A program made the translations under genes and the position numbers. DNA of 64,000 nt, from positions 1,792,001 through 1,856,000 of the forward strand of contig CP051526.1 of assembly GCA_050916045.1 (NCBI GenBank). Reading direction: 5' to 3'. The DNA comes from Tepidisphaera sp. (GTDB lineage: Bacteria > Planctomycetota > Phycisphaerae > Phycisphaerales > UBA1924). This document shows, piece by piece, positions 41,079-49,584 of the stretch (positions within the stretch are counted from its first letter, which is position 1; every line of letters begins with the position of its first letter). The notes beneath the pieces were generated by a model. It was given only the letters and a program-made list of their open reading frames with translations. It was not told the DNA's origin and searched no databases.

Positions 41079-41927
41079 ATGGAGGTGTGTGGGGGGGAAG
41101 GAGCGCGGGGCTTGAACGGCTCGTGGGTTACCTTTCTGGTCTTCGGCGTGCTGCTGCTCACAGCTGGCCTCCTCGCGTGGCTCGCCTTTCGCCGTAAGGG
41201 CCTGATCCCCGCCGGAGCGTGCTCCTGCGGCTACCCGAGCACGGGGATCGAGTCCGGCACGTGCCCCGAGTGCGGCAAGCCGCTGGCCGAAGAGATCGAG
41301 CGAGTCGAGTGGAAGCGGCGGATCGCATTCTTCAACCGCGTGGTCGCGTGGGCCGCCGCCGTCGTGCTTGTGGGCCTCCCGTTCACCGTTTCGGCGATCA
41401 GGCTCGCCGGAGCGGACGAGACGATCGCCTGCCGCACGATCCTCGTCCCCAAGGACGGCAGCTTCCGCAGCGCCGTCCTCCGCTGGAACGTGAAGCCCGC
41501 CCGCAAAGCCGCCCCGGCACGCACGCCGGCAGCCGCGCCGGCCACCGCCCCCGGGTCGCCGGGCCGCACGCTCGACGGCGCGGTCGTGCTCGAACTCAAG
41601 TCGAGCGCGGACGTCACCTCCGTGAAGTCCTTCACCGCGTCCAAAGACGTCGTTTCGGATGCGGCCGGCTGGGTTGAACGCACGATCGCCGCAAACCCCG
41701 GCAGCCCCGCCGCCGCCGAACTCGCCCAAGCCGTCGCAACCGCCGCAAGCGGTGCCGAGATGATCTTGGCCGGCGGCGCGGGCTCGCAGTTCACGATGAT
41801 CGCAAGCGGCACCGTCTCGACGGTCGCGTCGCCGCGCTGGGTGCCGATCGCGAGCATCGCGCTCTGGTGCCTCATCTTCGCGTGGGGCGTGCGAGCGATC
41901 GCCCGCCGCGTCGCCGGCACGGCATGA
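41079..41927 (+). CDS. Hypothetical membrane protein with zinc ribbon
   Basis: TM, CSCGYPSTGIESGTCPECG, TM, soluble domain, C-terminal TM. Confidence 0.7.
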   Translation: MEVCGGEGARGLNGSWVTFLVFGVLLLTAGLLAWLAFRRKGLIPAGACSCGYPSTGIESGTCPECGKPLAEEIERVEWKRRIAFFNRVVAWAAAVVLVGLPFTVSAIRLAGADETIACRTILVPKDGSFRSAVLRWNVKPARKAAPARTPAAAPATAPGSPGRTLDGAVVLELKSSADVTSVKSFTASKDVVSDAAGWVERTIAANPGSPAAAELAQAVATAASGAEMILAGGAGSQFTMIASGTVSTVASPRWVPIASIALWCLIFAWGVRAIARRVAGTA

Positions 41928-41939
41928 GAACGAGCCCCC

Positions 41940-41964
41940 ACCCGCCGAGCGCCAGCGAGCGGGT
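41940..41964. repeat. REP-like element (core GCGCCAGCGAG)
   Basis: ACCCGCCGAGCGCCAGCGAGCGGGT with ACCCGC/GCGGGT stem; between convergent genes; same core at 45965. Confidence 0.5.
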
Positions 41965-41992
41965 TTCTTGCACGACTCGCGATGCGGCGGAC

Positions 41993-44263
41993 CTAGAACA
42001 GCCCCGGCTCATCCACCGGCACCATCTTCCCCGTCTTTGGATCAAGCCGCATCCGCGGCTTGCCCGCCTTCGCGGGTGCCGCCGGAGCCGGAGCCACTGG
42101 CGCCGCAGCGGGCTTGGCCGGGGCTTTCGCCGCCGGTTTCGCGGCTTCACCCTTGGGCCCAAGCCGCTTGGCCGCCTTGGTGTCGATCAGCGTGGGCTCA
42201 TCGTCGTCCCGGGCCGCGTTCACCTTGAGCATCGCGGCTTCCGACTTGCTGGCGGTGAAGGGGTTGGAGGCCGCCTTCGAAGCCAGCGCCGCGATCGCGC
42301 TCGCGTTGGCCTTCTGATCCACCGCCTGCTCGACGACGATCACGCCTTCCTGATCCGCGGGGTCCTCGGCTTTGATCTTCTTCCCATCCTCGTCAAGCTC
42401 AAGGTCCGCGATCGCCGTCTTCTTCTTCGCCTGTTCGAGCAAAGCGTCGTACAGCTTCTTCGCGTCCGCCCCCGTGATCGCGTTGCACGCCTTGGCGATC
42501 TCGCCGATGTACTTCTGGAAGACGTCGCGCCGCTCACCCTCCCGCTTCATCTTCGCCCGCTTCTTGAGATACGTCCCGAGCTTGCGGCCGCACTCCATCA
42601 GCGCGAGCTTCATCTCCTTGCGGATCTCGTCGTAGTCGGCGATCGCCTCCTTGCTCTCGCTCGTGAACGGCACCCACACCGAAGCCATGTGGATCATGAT
42701 CACAAGCGGCCCCACCGGCAGGCTCTCGCGCGGCTGCGAAAGGTCATAGTTCCGCCAGTTCGTCTCCGTCACGCTCTTGAAGGACGAGCACGCCGACTGC
42801 TGGAACAGAAGCGGCACGCGGTTGGCGAACCGGATCACGCGGGCGGATTCATCACCCGGAAGCTCGCCGCCGAAAGCGATCGCCGCTTCGATCTGGAACG
42901 GACGCCCGCGGTACACCTCCGCCTCACGCGACGAAGCCGCGTAGAACTCGGCCCGCACGCCCTTCAGCAGGCCCGCGAGAAGCTGCCGCACGCCGATGGG
43001 CGCAAGGCAGTCGGTAGGGGGCGGCGCGAGCTTGGCTTCCTGGAAGACCTTGTAGAGCGCCTCGGCCTGCGGCGGCTCGAGGTCCGAGACCTTCGTCCGG
43101 CTCGTCACCTTGCTGGCTTTGGTGCTAATGGCGTCGCAGAACTCCGAAGCGGTCGGCCCCGACACGCGGCAGAACTTCTCCTGCAGGAAGTTGTAGAGCG
43201 TGCCCCCCTTGTCCGAGACCTCGTAGTCCTTGAGCATCTGGATCAGGATGCCAAGCTCGATCCCCTTGGGGTGCGGCTGGATCTCCTTGGTCTCCGGCGG
43301 AAGCTCCTGCACGCCGCGCGGGAAGACGATCACCCCCGCCGTCTCCGTCGTCTGCACGGGTTCGGACGGCGACGCCGCCGCGTCCCCAGCGGGCGCCACG
43401 GGGGAAGCCCCCTTCTTCGCCGCCATCAGCAGGACATCATCCTCCGCCGCGCTCTCGCGCGTGGGCGGGACGAGCGTGATCTTCGCGTGCGGGTTCGCGA
43501 TCGCGGTCAGCTCAAGGAACTCATCGACCGACCCGCGGCCCTTCTGGTACCGCCCCTCAAGCTCGATCGACACGCTCGTGCCCGTCGGGTAGTCCTTGTG
43601 CGACAGGAACTCCTCGCGACCCGCAAGCTCACGCGTCCCCGCCGTCAGGTTCCGGAGCCGCTGGAGCGGGAAATCGTCCGTCTCCTCGTCGACCGTCACC
43701 TCGGCCCGGTTCGTCTTGGTGTTCATCGCAAGCTCGATGTGGTGAGCCTGCTGCGTCGCTTTCGGACGCGTCTGGATCAGCATCGGCTTGCCCGTGGTGA
43801 TCAGGCCGTACATGCCGGCGGCCGAGATTCCGATCCCCTGCTGGCCGCGCGACATCTTGAGGCGGTGGAACTTGCTGCCAAAGAGGAGCCGCCCGAAGAC
43901 GTTCTCGACCTGCTTGCGCACGATGCCCGGGCCGTTGTCGACGACGCTGATCCGGTACCGCGACTGCTTGACCTCGCGGCCGCGGTCGGGCTGGAGGTCC
44001 TCGATGACCACCGTGATGTCGGGGAGGATGCCCGCTTCCTCGCACGCGTCCAGCGAGTTGTCGACGGCTTCCTTCACGGTCGTGAGCAGGGCCTTGCGGG
44101 GGTTGTCGAACCCCAGCAGGTGGCGGTTCTTGGCGAAGAACTCCGAGACGGAGATGTCGCGTTGCTTGCTCGCCATGCTCTCGGCGGTCGCACGCGTTCC
44201 GGGGTTTCCAGCGGCGTCTTTCTTGCTCATCGTTCGCGTCGATTCCACGGTCGAAGTTGACAT
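41993..44263 (-). CDS. top6B: DNA topoisomerase VI subunit B
   Basis: ISVSEFFAKNRHLLGF, KEAVDNSLDA, DNGPGI, SRGQQGIGISA (GHKL fold), RFANRVPL, VPFTSESKEAI; GGAGGG RBS before ATG 44263. Confidence 0.93.
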   Translation of the reverse strand: MSTSTVESTRTMSKKDAAGNPGTRATAESMASKQRDISVSEFFAKNRHLLGFDNPRKALLTTVKEAVDNSLDACEEAGILPDITVVIEDLQPDRGREVKQSRYRISVVDNGPGIVRKQVENVFGRLLFGSKFHRLKMSRGQQGIGISAAGMYGLITTGKPMLIQTRPKATQQAHHIELAMNTKTNRAEVTVDEETDDFPLQRLRNLTAGTRELAGREEFLSHKDYPTGTSVSIELEGRYQKGRGSVDEFLELTAIANPHAKITLVPPTRESAAEDDVLLMAAKKGASPVAPAGDAAASPSEPVQTTETAGVIVFPRGVQELPPETKEIQPHPKGIELGILIQMLKDYEVSDKGGTLYNFLQEKFCRVSGPTASEFCDAISTKASKVTSRTKVSDLEPPQAEALYKVFQEAKLAPPPTDCLAPIGVRQLLAGLLKGVRAEFYAASSREAEVYRGRPFQIEAAIAFGGELPGDESARVIRFANRVPLLFQQSACSSFKSVTETNWRNYDLSQPRESLPVGPLVIMIHMASVWVPFTSESKEAIADYDEIRKEMKLALMECGRKLGTYLKKRAKMKREGERRDVFQKYIGEIAKACNAITGADAKKLYDALLEQAKKKTAIADLELDEDGKKIKAEDPADQEGVIVVEQAVDQKANASAIAALASKAASNPFTASKSEAAMLKVNAARDDDEPTLIDTKAAKRLGPKGEAAKPAAKAPAKPAAAPVAPAPAAPAKAGKPRMRLDPKTGKMVPVDEPGLF

Positions 44264-44443
44264 CCAGCGGCCCTCCATGGCCAAACTTGCTGTGGCACGG
44301 GTGTCCGAGCCCAGGCGTGGGGCATTTTCCGCAGCCCGAACCCGCCGTTTCCCCCAGCGTAGCACCTCCGGAAACGCGACACGCGCCGCCGGGGCTTCTA
44401 CACTGCCCTTTCCGCCCGCACGCGTCCCTGGAGCACCCGCCGC

Positions 44444-45946
44444 ATGAAGCGCCCCGTCCCGCTCCCCGTCTTTCCACCCCGGGCCTCCATCGCGCCCGAA
44501 GCCAAGGAGAAGTGCGGCGTCATCGCGGTCTGGAACCCGCCCAAGGGCATGAACGCCGTCCGCCTCACCTACCTGGGCATGTACGCCCAGCAGCACCGCG
44601 GCCAGGAATCCGCCGGCATCGTCGTCACCGACGGCCGCACCATGGCCGGCCACACCGGCATGGGCCTGGTCCCGGCCGTCTTCGACGAGTACGCCCTCGA
44701 CCAGCTCGACCAGGCCGTCGGCCACCACGGCCGCGCCGCCATCGGCCACAACCGCTACTCGACCGCCGGCGGGAGCCAGGCCTGCAACGCCCAGCCGCTC
44801 CTCGAGAACTACATCGGCGGTCAGGTCGCTCTCGCCCACAACGGCAACCTCATCAACGCCGACCCCCTCCGCTACAAGTTCGAGGAAGCCGGTCACCTCT
44901 TCCACACCACCAGCGACACCGAGGTGATCATCCACATCCTCGCAAGCCCGGCCCAGCAGCGAGCCCCCGACCCGCTCGCGGCCACGCTCCGCCGCTTGCA
45001 GGGGGCTTTCAGCCTGTGTTTCCTCTTCCCCGACCGGATCGAAGCCGCCCGCGACCCGTGGGGCTGGCGTCCGCTCGTCCTGGGCCGCTTGCCCGAGTCC
45101 ACCGCGCCCGGCGAGGGCTGGGTGGTCGCGAGCGAGACCGTCGCGCTCACCGTCATGGGGGCTTCGCTGGTGCGTGAGATCGAGCCGGGCGAGATCGTCC
45201 GCATCGACGCGGCGGGCGTGCACTCCCGCCGCTTTGCCGAGCCCGCCGAACGCCTCGCCCACTGCGTCTTCGAGCACGTCTACTTCGCCAACCCTGCAAG
45301 CTCCGTCTTCGGCCAGAACGTCCAGTCCGCCCGCGAGCGCATGGGCGAGATGCTCGCCAAGGAAGCCCCCGTCGCCGCCGACTGCATCATGCCGATGCCC
45401 GATTCCGGCCGCTCGGCCGCGACCGGCTACGCCCGCGCGAGCGGCATCCCGTACCGCGAGGGGATCGTGCCCAACCGCTACGTCGGCCGCACGTTCATCA
45501 AGCCCACCCAGACCGAGCGCGCGATGGCCGTCCGCCTCAAGCTCAACGTCATCCCCGACATCGTCGCGGGCCGACGCATCGTCGTCGTCGACGACTCGAT
45601 CGTCCGCGGCACGACGACCAAAGCCAAGATGGACCAGCTCCGCCAGGCCGGCGCGAAGGAGATCCACCTCCGCATCTCCTGCCCGCCCATCCGCCACCCG
45701 TGCTACTTCGGCGTCGACTTCGCGACGCGGGACCAGCTCATCGCCAACGGCCGGACGGTGGAAGAGATCCGGGCGTTCCTCGGCGTCGACAGCTTGCACT
45801 ACCTCTCGCTCGACGGCCTGCTCGCGTGCGTCGACCGCGAACCCAGAAGCTACTGCACCGCCTGCTTCAGCGGCGACTACCGCCTCGACCCCGACCACCC
45901 GCAGACGGAGATCGTGGTCGACTCGCAGCAGGCGACGATGTTCTGA
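44444..45946 (+). CDS. purF: Amidophosphoribosyltransferase
   Basis: EKCGV catalytic Cys after propeptide, QHRGQES, HNRYST, HNGNL, VVVDDSIVRGTT, YCTACF. Confidence 0.96.
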   Translation: MKRPVPLPVFPPRASIAPEAKEKCGVIAVWNPPKGMNAVRLTYLGMYAQQHRGQESAGIVVTDGRTMAGHTGMGLVPAVFDEYALDQLDQAVGHHGRAAIGHNRYSTAGGSQACNAQPLLENYIGGQVALAHNGNLINADPLRYKFEEAGHLFHTTSDTEVIIHILASPAQQRAPDPLAATLRRLQGAFSLCFLFPDRIEAARDPWGWRPLVLGRLPESTAPGEGWVVASETVALTVMGASLVREIEPGEIVRIDAAGVHSRRFAEPAERLAHCVFEHVYFANPASSVFGQNVQSARERMGEMLAKEAPVAADCIMPMPDSGRSAATGYARASGIPYREGIVPNRYVGRTFIKPTQTERAMAVRLKLNVIPDIVAGRRIVVVDDSIVRGTTTKAKMDQLRQAGAKEIHLRISCPPIRHPCYFGVDFATRDQLIANGRTVEEIRAFLGVDSLHYLSLDGLLACVDREPRSYCTACFSGDYRLDPDHPQTEIVVDSQQATMF

Positions 45947-45956
45947 GGTTTTTCAG

Positions 45957-45980
45957 AGCCCGACGCGCCAGCGAGGGTCT
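45957..45980. repeat. REP-like element (core GCGCCAGCGAG)
   Basis: AGCCCGACGCGCCAGCGAGGGTCT, 10 bp after the purF stop; shares an 11-bp core with 41949-41959. Confidence 0.5.
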
Positions 45981-46175
45981 TCGCACTTGCTCCGAAGCTC
46001 GCCGACGCCCGCCACGCCAGCAAGGAGTACGCGGCGAACAGCGAGCGTCATCCCGTGTGACGATTGCGACGACGAACTTCTTGTTGTCGGAGCACGGCGC
46101 GACAGACATGGAGGACCGCGCGATGTTCCCAAGCCGTGCAGGCCTTCTCTCATCGCCGTGCCCTCCCCGCCATCG

Positions 46176-47327
46176 TTACTGAACGACGACCAGCTCCACT
46201 CGTCGCGAGGGGGGGCGGTCTTGGTACGTCACGGGGCCTCGGACGATGACTTTGCGGATGGCGAAGCCGGCGGCGGTGAGGTGCTTCTTGACGGCGTTTC
46301 CGCGCGCGACGGACAACTCTTCCCTCGTTTGCCGTCTGTTGTGCCAAAGTCCTGAATCTTGAAACACCTCAAGATCCACGACCGCACCGCGCGGCAGGCT
46401 CTTGATCTTCTCGTCGATCCGCTCGGCTGCGCCGTCTGAAAGCACTTCGCTGCCCGAGTTGAACAGATTGACGCCGAGATCGATCCGCTCTCGATCGGGG
46501 GGCGCACTGATGCTCCGTCCCCACGCGGAGTCCCGTTCGATTTCGGCGAGGACCAGCTCGACGCGCCGCGAGGAGGCTCGTCCATTCTCCTCCGCGACCC
46601 CTCGCACGATGACGTCGCGTGCGTTTATTCCGAGCGTGAGAAGGCGGTTCCGCACGGCCTGGCCGCGTGCTCGGTCGACTTCATCCGGGTGTCTGAATCG
46701 ATTGACCTTGAGTCCTCCAGTTGACTGTCGAAAGACCGCGATGTCGACGGTCGCGCCTTTGGGAATTTCGCGAGCTTTCTCTTTGACGGTCTCCTTTGCG
46801 CCTGGGGCAAACTGTTCGGTCCCGGAGAGAAACAAGGAGCCCCCAAGATCGATGCGGGCTGGGTTTGCGATGGCGAGTTCGGCTGGGGAAATCGCTGCGA
46901 ACTCGATTCGGTCGGTGGGTGGCCGTCCATCCACTTCGACCGAGCCCTCGATCCGCGATCGGCGAACTTTGTACCCCCTCTGTGCGATTGCTTCTCCGAG
47001 GGCCCGAAGCCGAGCGCGGTCCAAGGCCTCCATGTCCCGCGGCGAATTGATCAGAATCGGCCGAGGCAGTTGGAACAGCCGGAGATCCAGCGTCGTTCCC
47101 GCAGGGATCTGCGACAAGGACTCGTCGAGAAGCTTGCGGTACCCATCCAGCCATTCGGAGGAGCCAGCCCGGAAGAGACGTGAGGTGTCGAGCTCGCCGG
47201 TCGTCTTCGTCGCACGCTCTGGCGGTTGCGTCGGCGAAGGCGGTGTTTCTGCCGAGCGATCGCTGCAGCACCCTTGGATGCTGACCAGGAGAATTCCGAA
47301 CGCGATGGAAAGCGCGACCAACCTCAT
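46176..47327 (-). CDS. Lipoprotein with three tandem degenerate OmpA/MotB-like domains
   Basis: Lipobox IQGC; three ~100-aa repeats with LFxSGS...ARxxAV...G...RRVE pattern. Confidence 0.7.
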   Translation of the reverse strand: MRLVALSIAFGILLVSIQGCCSDRSAETPPSPTQPPERATKTTGELDTSRLFRAGSSEWLDGYRKLLDESLSQIPAGTTLDLRLFQLPRPILINSPRDMEALDRARLRALGEAIAQRGYKVRRSRIEGSVEVDGRPPTDRIEFAAISPAELAIANPARIDLGGSLFLSGTEQFAPGAKETVKEKAREIPKGATVDIAVFRQSTGGLKVNRFRHPDEVDRARGQAVRNRLLTLGINARDVIVRGVAEENGRASSRRVELVLAEIERDSAWGRSISAPPDRERIDLGVNLFNSGSEVLSDGAAERIDEKIKSLPRGAVVDLEVFQDSGLWHNRRQTREELSVARGNAVKKHLTAAGFAIRKVIVRGPVTYQDRPPSRRVELVVVQ

Positions 47328-47381
47328 ACGGCGTCTATCGGTATGTCATGCTCGGATTCCTCAAGGAGGTCCGACGATCGC

Positions 47382-48551
47382 TTACATCCCCAGGATCGCA
47401 TCCAGCAGTTCCGGAATCCCCTCGCCCTTGCTCGCGACCGTCTCGACGATCCCGCGTTTGCCGGCCATGTCTCGGAGGTCGCGGACGAGTTCGTGGCGGC
47501 CCGGGTGGTCGGCTTTGTTGCAGACGAAGAGGTCGGCGATTTCGAGGATGCCGGCTTTGTCCATCTGGACGGAGTCGCCTTGGCCGGGGGTGAGGACGAC
47601 GACGGTCTTGTCGACGTGCTGGCGGATGCGGGTCTCGTTCTGGCCGGCGCCGACGGTTTCGACGAAGACCAGGTCGTACGCGTCGGCACCGCTCGTGGAA
47701 TTCGCGTGCGAGCCGCCGATCACCTGCAGGATTTCCGGCAGAGCGTGGTAGTCTTCGCCGGAGATCGCGAGGGAGCGGTAGAAGACGGCTTCGTCGAGTG
47801 CGTTGAAATCCACGCGGAGGCGGTCGCCGAGAAGGGCGCCCGCGGTGATGGGGCTCATGGGGTCAAAGGCGACGACGGCGACGCGGCCCTTGGCCGTCCC
47901 GGCTTTGGAGCGGCGGGTGTATTCGCCCGCGAGCTGAGCGACGAGGGTGGATTTGCCGGCGCCGGGAGCTCCGGTGATGCCGATGACCTTGGCGGGGCGT
48001 TTGCGGATCGCTCCGGCGCGGATGGGCTTGTTGTCGTGGAGGAGGGAGATGTCGCGGGCGAGCTGGGCGGTCGGCGAGCCCTTCGCATCCATCCCGCGCG
48101 GCTTGACGGCGGCCCGCACGGCTTCCACGATGTCGAGGAGGCCTGTGGCCGTGGTGAAGCAGCGTGCCACGCCGGCTTCGAGAAGCTTGGGCAGGTCTTC
48201 CTGGGGCAGAATGCCGCCCATGTAGACGGGGAGGTCGGGTCGGCCGAGGTCGGCGAGGGCTTTGACGAGCTTGGGGCCCAGGACCAGGTGGCTGTTGGAC
48301 ATCATGCTCGCGGCGATGACGTCGCAATCCTCATCGCGGGCGGAGACGGCGAGGGACCGCGGGGTCTGCCAGAGTCCGGAGTAGATGACGTGCACGCCGG
48401 AATCCCGGAGGGCGCGGGCGATGACCTTGACGCCGCGGTCGTGACCATCCAGCCCCATCTTGCCCAAAAGCACCCGCGGACGGTGGGGGAGGTCCCCGCA
48501 GCGGTCCTTCTTCTCAAACTCCGTCGTCGCGGTGTGAAGCGTGGTGGTCAT
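47382..48551 (-). CDS. Cobalamin-binding (mutase small-subunit) domain fused to a MeaB/ArgK GTPase
   Basis: GLDGHDRGVKVIARALRD (DxHxxG); GAPGAGKST, DPMSPITAGALLGDRLR, ETVGAGQ, NKAD. Confidence 0.88.
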   Translation of the reverse strand: MTTTLHTATTEFEKKDRCGDLPHRPRVLLGKMGLDGHDRGVKVIARALRDSGVHVIYSGLWQTPRSLAVSARDEDCDVIAASMMSNSHLVLGPKLVKALADLGRPDLPVYMGGILPQEDLPKLLEAGVARCFTTATGLLDIVEAVRAAVKPRGMDAKGSPTAQLARDISLLHDNKPIRAGAIRKRPAKVIGITGAPGAGKSTLVAQLAGEYTRRSKAGTAKGRVAVVAFDPMSPITAGALLGDRLRVDFNALDEAVFYRSLAISGEDYHALPEILQVIGGSHANSTSGADAYDLVFVETVGAGQNETRIRQHVDKTVVVLTPGQGDSVQMDKAGILEIADLFVCNKADHPGRHELVRDLRDMAGKRGIVETVASKGEGIPELLDAILGM

Positions 48552-48648
48552 GGCGGATCATAGAAGCCACGGCATCACGGGCTTGGACCCGCATCGGACC
48601 CCGCCCCGCCGTCGAATCTGTTAGTCTGAACCCCGGAGTATCCCCCGC

Positions 48649-49389
48649 ATGACCGACGCTTCTCTCCCGACCGGACCCTCGCTCGACATTCGAGCCAAGG
48701 TGTACGTCTGGCTGACCGCGATCTTTGTCGCCTGCCTCCTCGTCGCCGACGTCGTGGGCATCAAGCTCTTCCGGATCAACGTCCTGGGCTGGCAGGTCGA
48801 GCACACCTGCGGCATGCTCACCTTCCCCATCACCTTCCTGCTCACCGACCTCCTCAACGACTACTACGGCAAGCCCGCCGCCCGCCGCGTCGCGTACATC
48901 GCTTTCGCCATGGGTGCCCTGGTCTTCGGCGTGATCAACATCGCCCTGGCCATGCCTTCCCTGCCCGCCCCGTACAACGTTCCCGACGAAGCTTTCAACG
49001 CGGTTTTCGCCAAAGCCCGCATCATGTACGTCGCTTCCCTCGCCGCGTTCATGGTCGGCAGCCTGCTCGACATCTGGATTTTCGGCATCATGAAGCGAGC
49101 GACCGGTGGGCGATTCCTCTGGCTCCGGGCGACCGGAAGCACCGTCATCAGCCAGGTCTTTGACAGTCTCGTCGTCAGCATCCTGGCGTTCCACCTCTTC
49201 CCGGGCCTGCTTGGGATGCCCGCCGACTCGATCATGCCCCTTTCGGCGGCCCTCAAGACCGCCGCGACCGGTTACACCCTCAAGTTCGTCTTGGCGGTGG
49301 GAATCACCCCCTTGATCTACGCGGGCCACGCCTGGCTCCGAAGCCTGGGCCTCAAACCCATCCCGGTGACCGACGCGGCCCGGGTCTGA
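48649..49389 (+). CDS. Queuosine precursor transporter (YhhQ/VUT family)
   Basis: FPITFLLTDLLNDYYG, ASLAAFMVGSLLD, LWLRATGSTVISQVFDS. Confidence 0.88.
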   Translation: MTDASLPTGPSLDIRAKVYVWLTAIFVACLLVADVVGIKLFRINVLGWQVEHTCGMLTFPITFLLTDLLNDYYGKPAARRVAYIAFAMGALVFGVINIALAMPSLPAPYNVPDEAFNAVFAKARIMYVASLAAFMVGSLLDIWIFGIMKRATGGRFLWLRATGSTVISQVFDSLVVSILAFHLFPGLLGMPADSIMPLSAALKTAATGYTLKFVLAVGITPLIYAGHAWLRSLGLKPIPVTDAARV

Positions 49390-49584
49390 CGTCCCAAACG
49401 CGGTTATCCGACCCTCGCCTGCTCGAAGTTGGCTTGCATCCCGGGAATCTTGTTGGTAGTCTGCGGATATCGGGTCTCGCGGCGGGCTTTCGCCCGTCGG
49501 CTCGGATCGGCACGGCATTCAGACCGGCCCCGGGCAGTTTGCTTTCGAGACCGCAGGATCGCGCGTCTACAGGAGACTGGTTCC

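Noticed and set aside
44264..45898. Apparent 545-aa N-terminal extension making a 1301-aa Top6B
   Set aside because: It is the antisense of purF; a GGAGGG RBS and the family N-terminus support the start at 44263
45920..45946. PurF C-terminus QQATMF as a clamp-binding motif
   Set aside because: Short motif with no functional rationale; chance match likely
45981..46175. Possible small RNA or small ORF between purF and the OmpA-like gene
   Set aside because: Only short GCACGGC/GCCGTGC complementarity; no convincing ORF, promoter or known RNA motif
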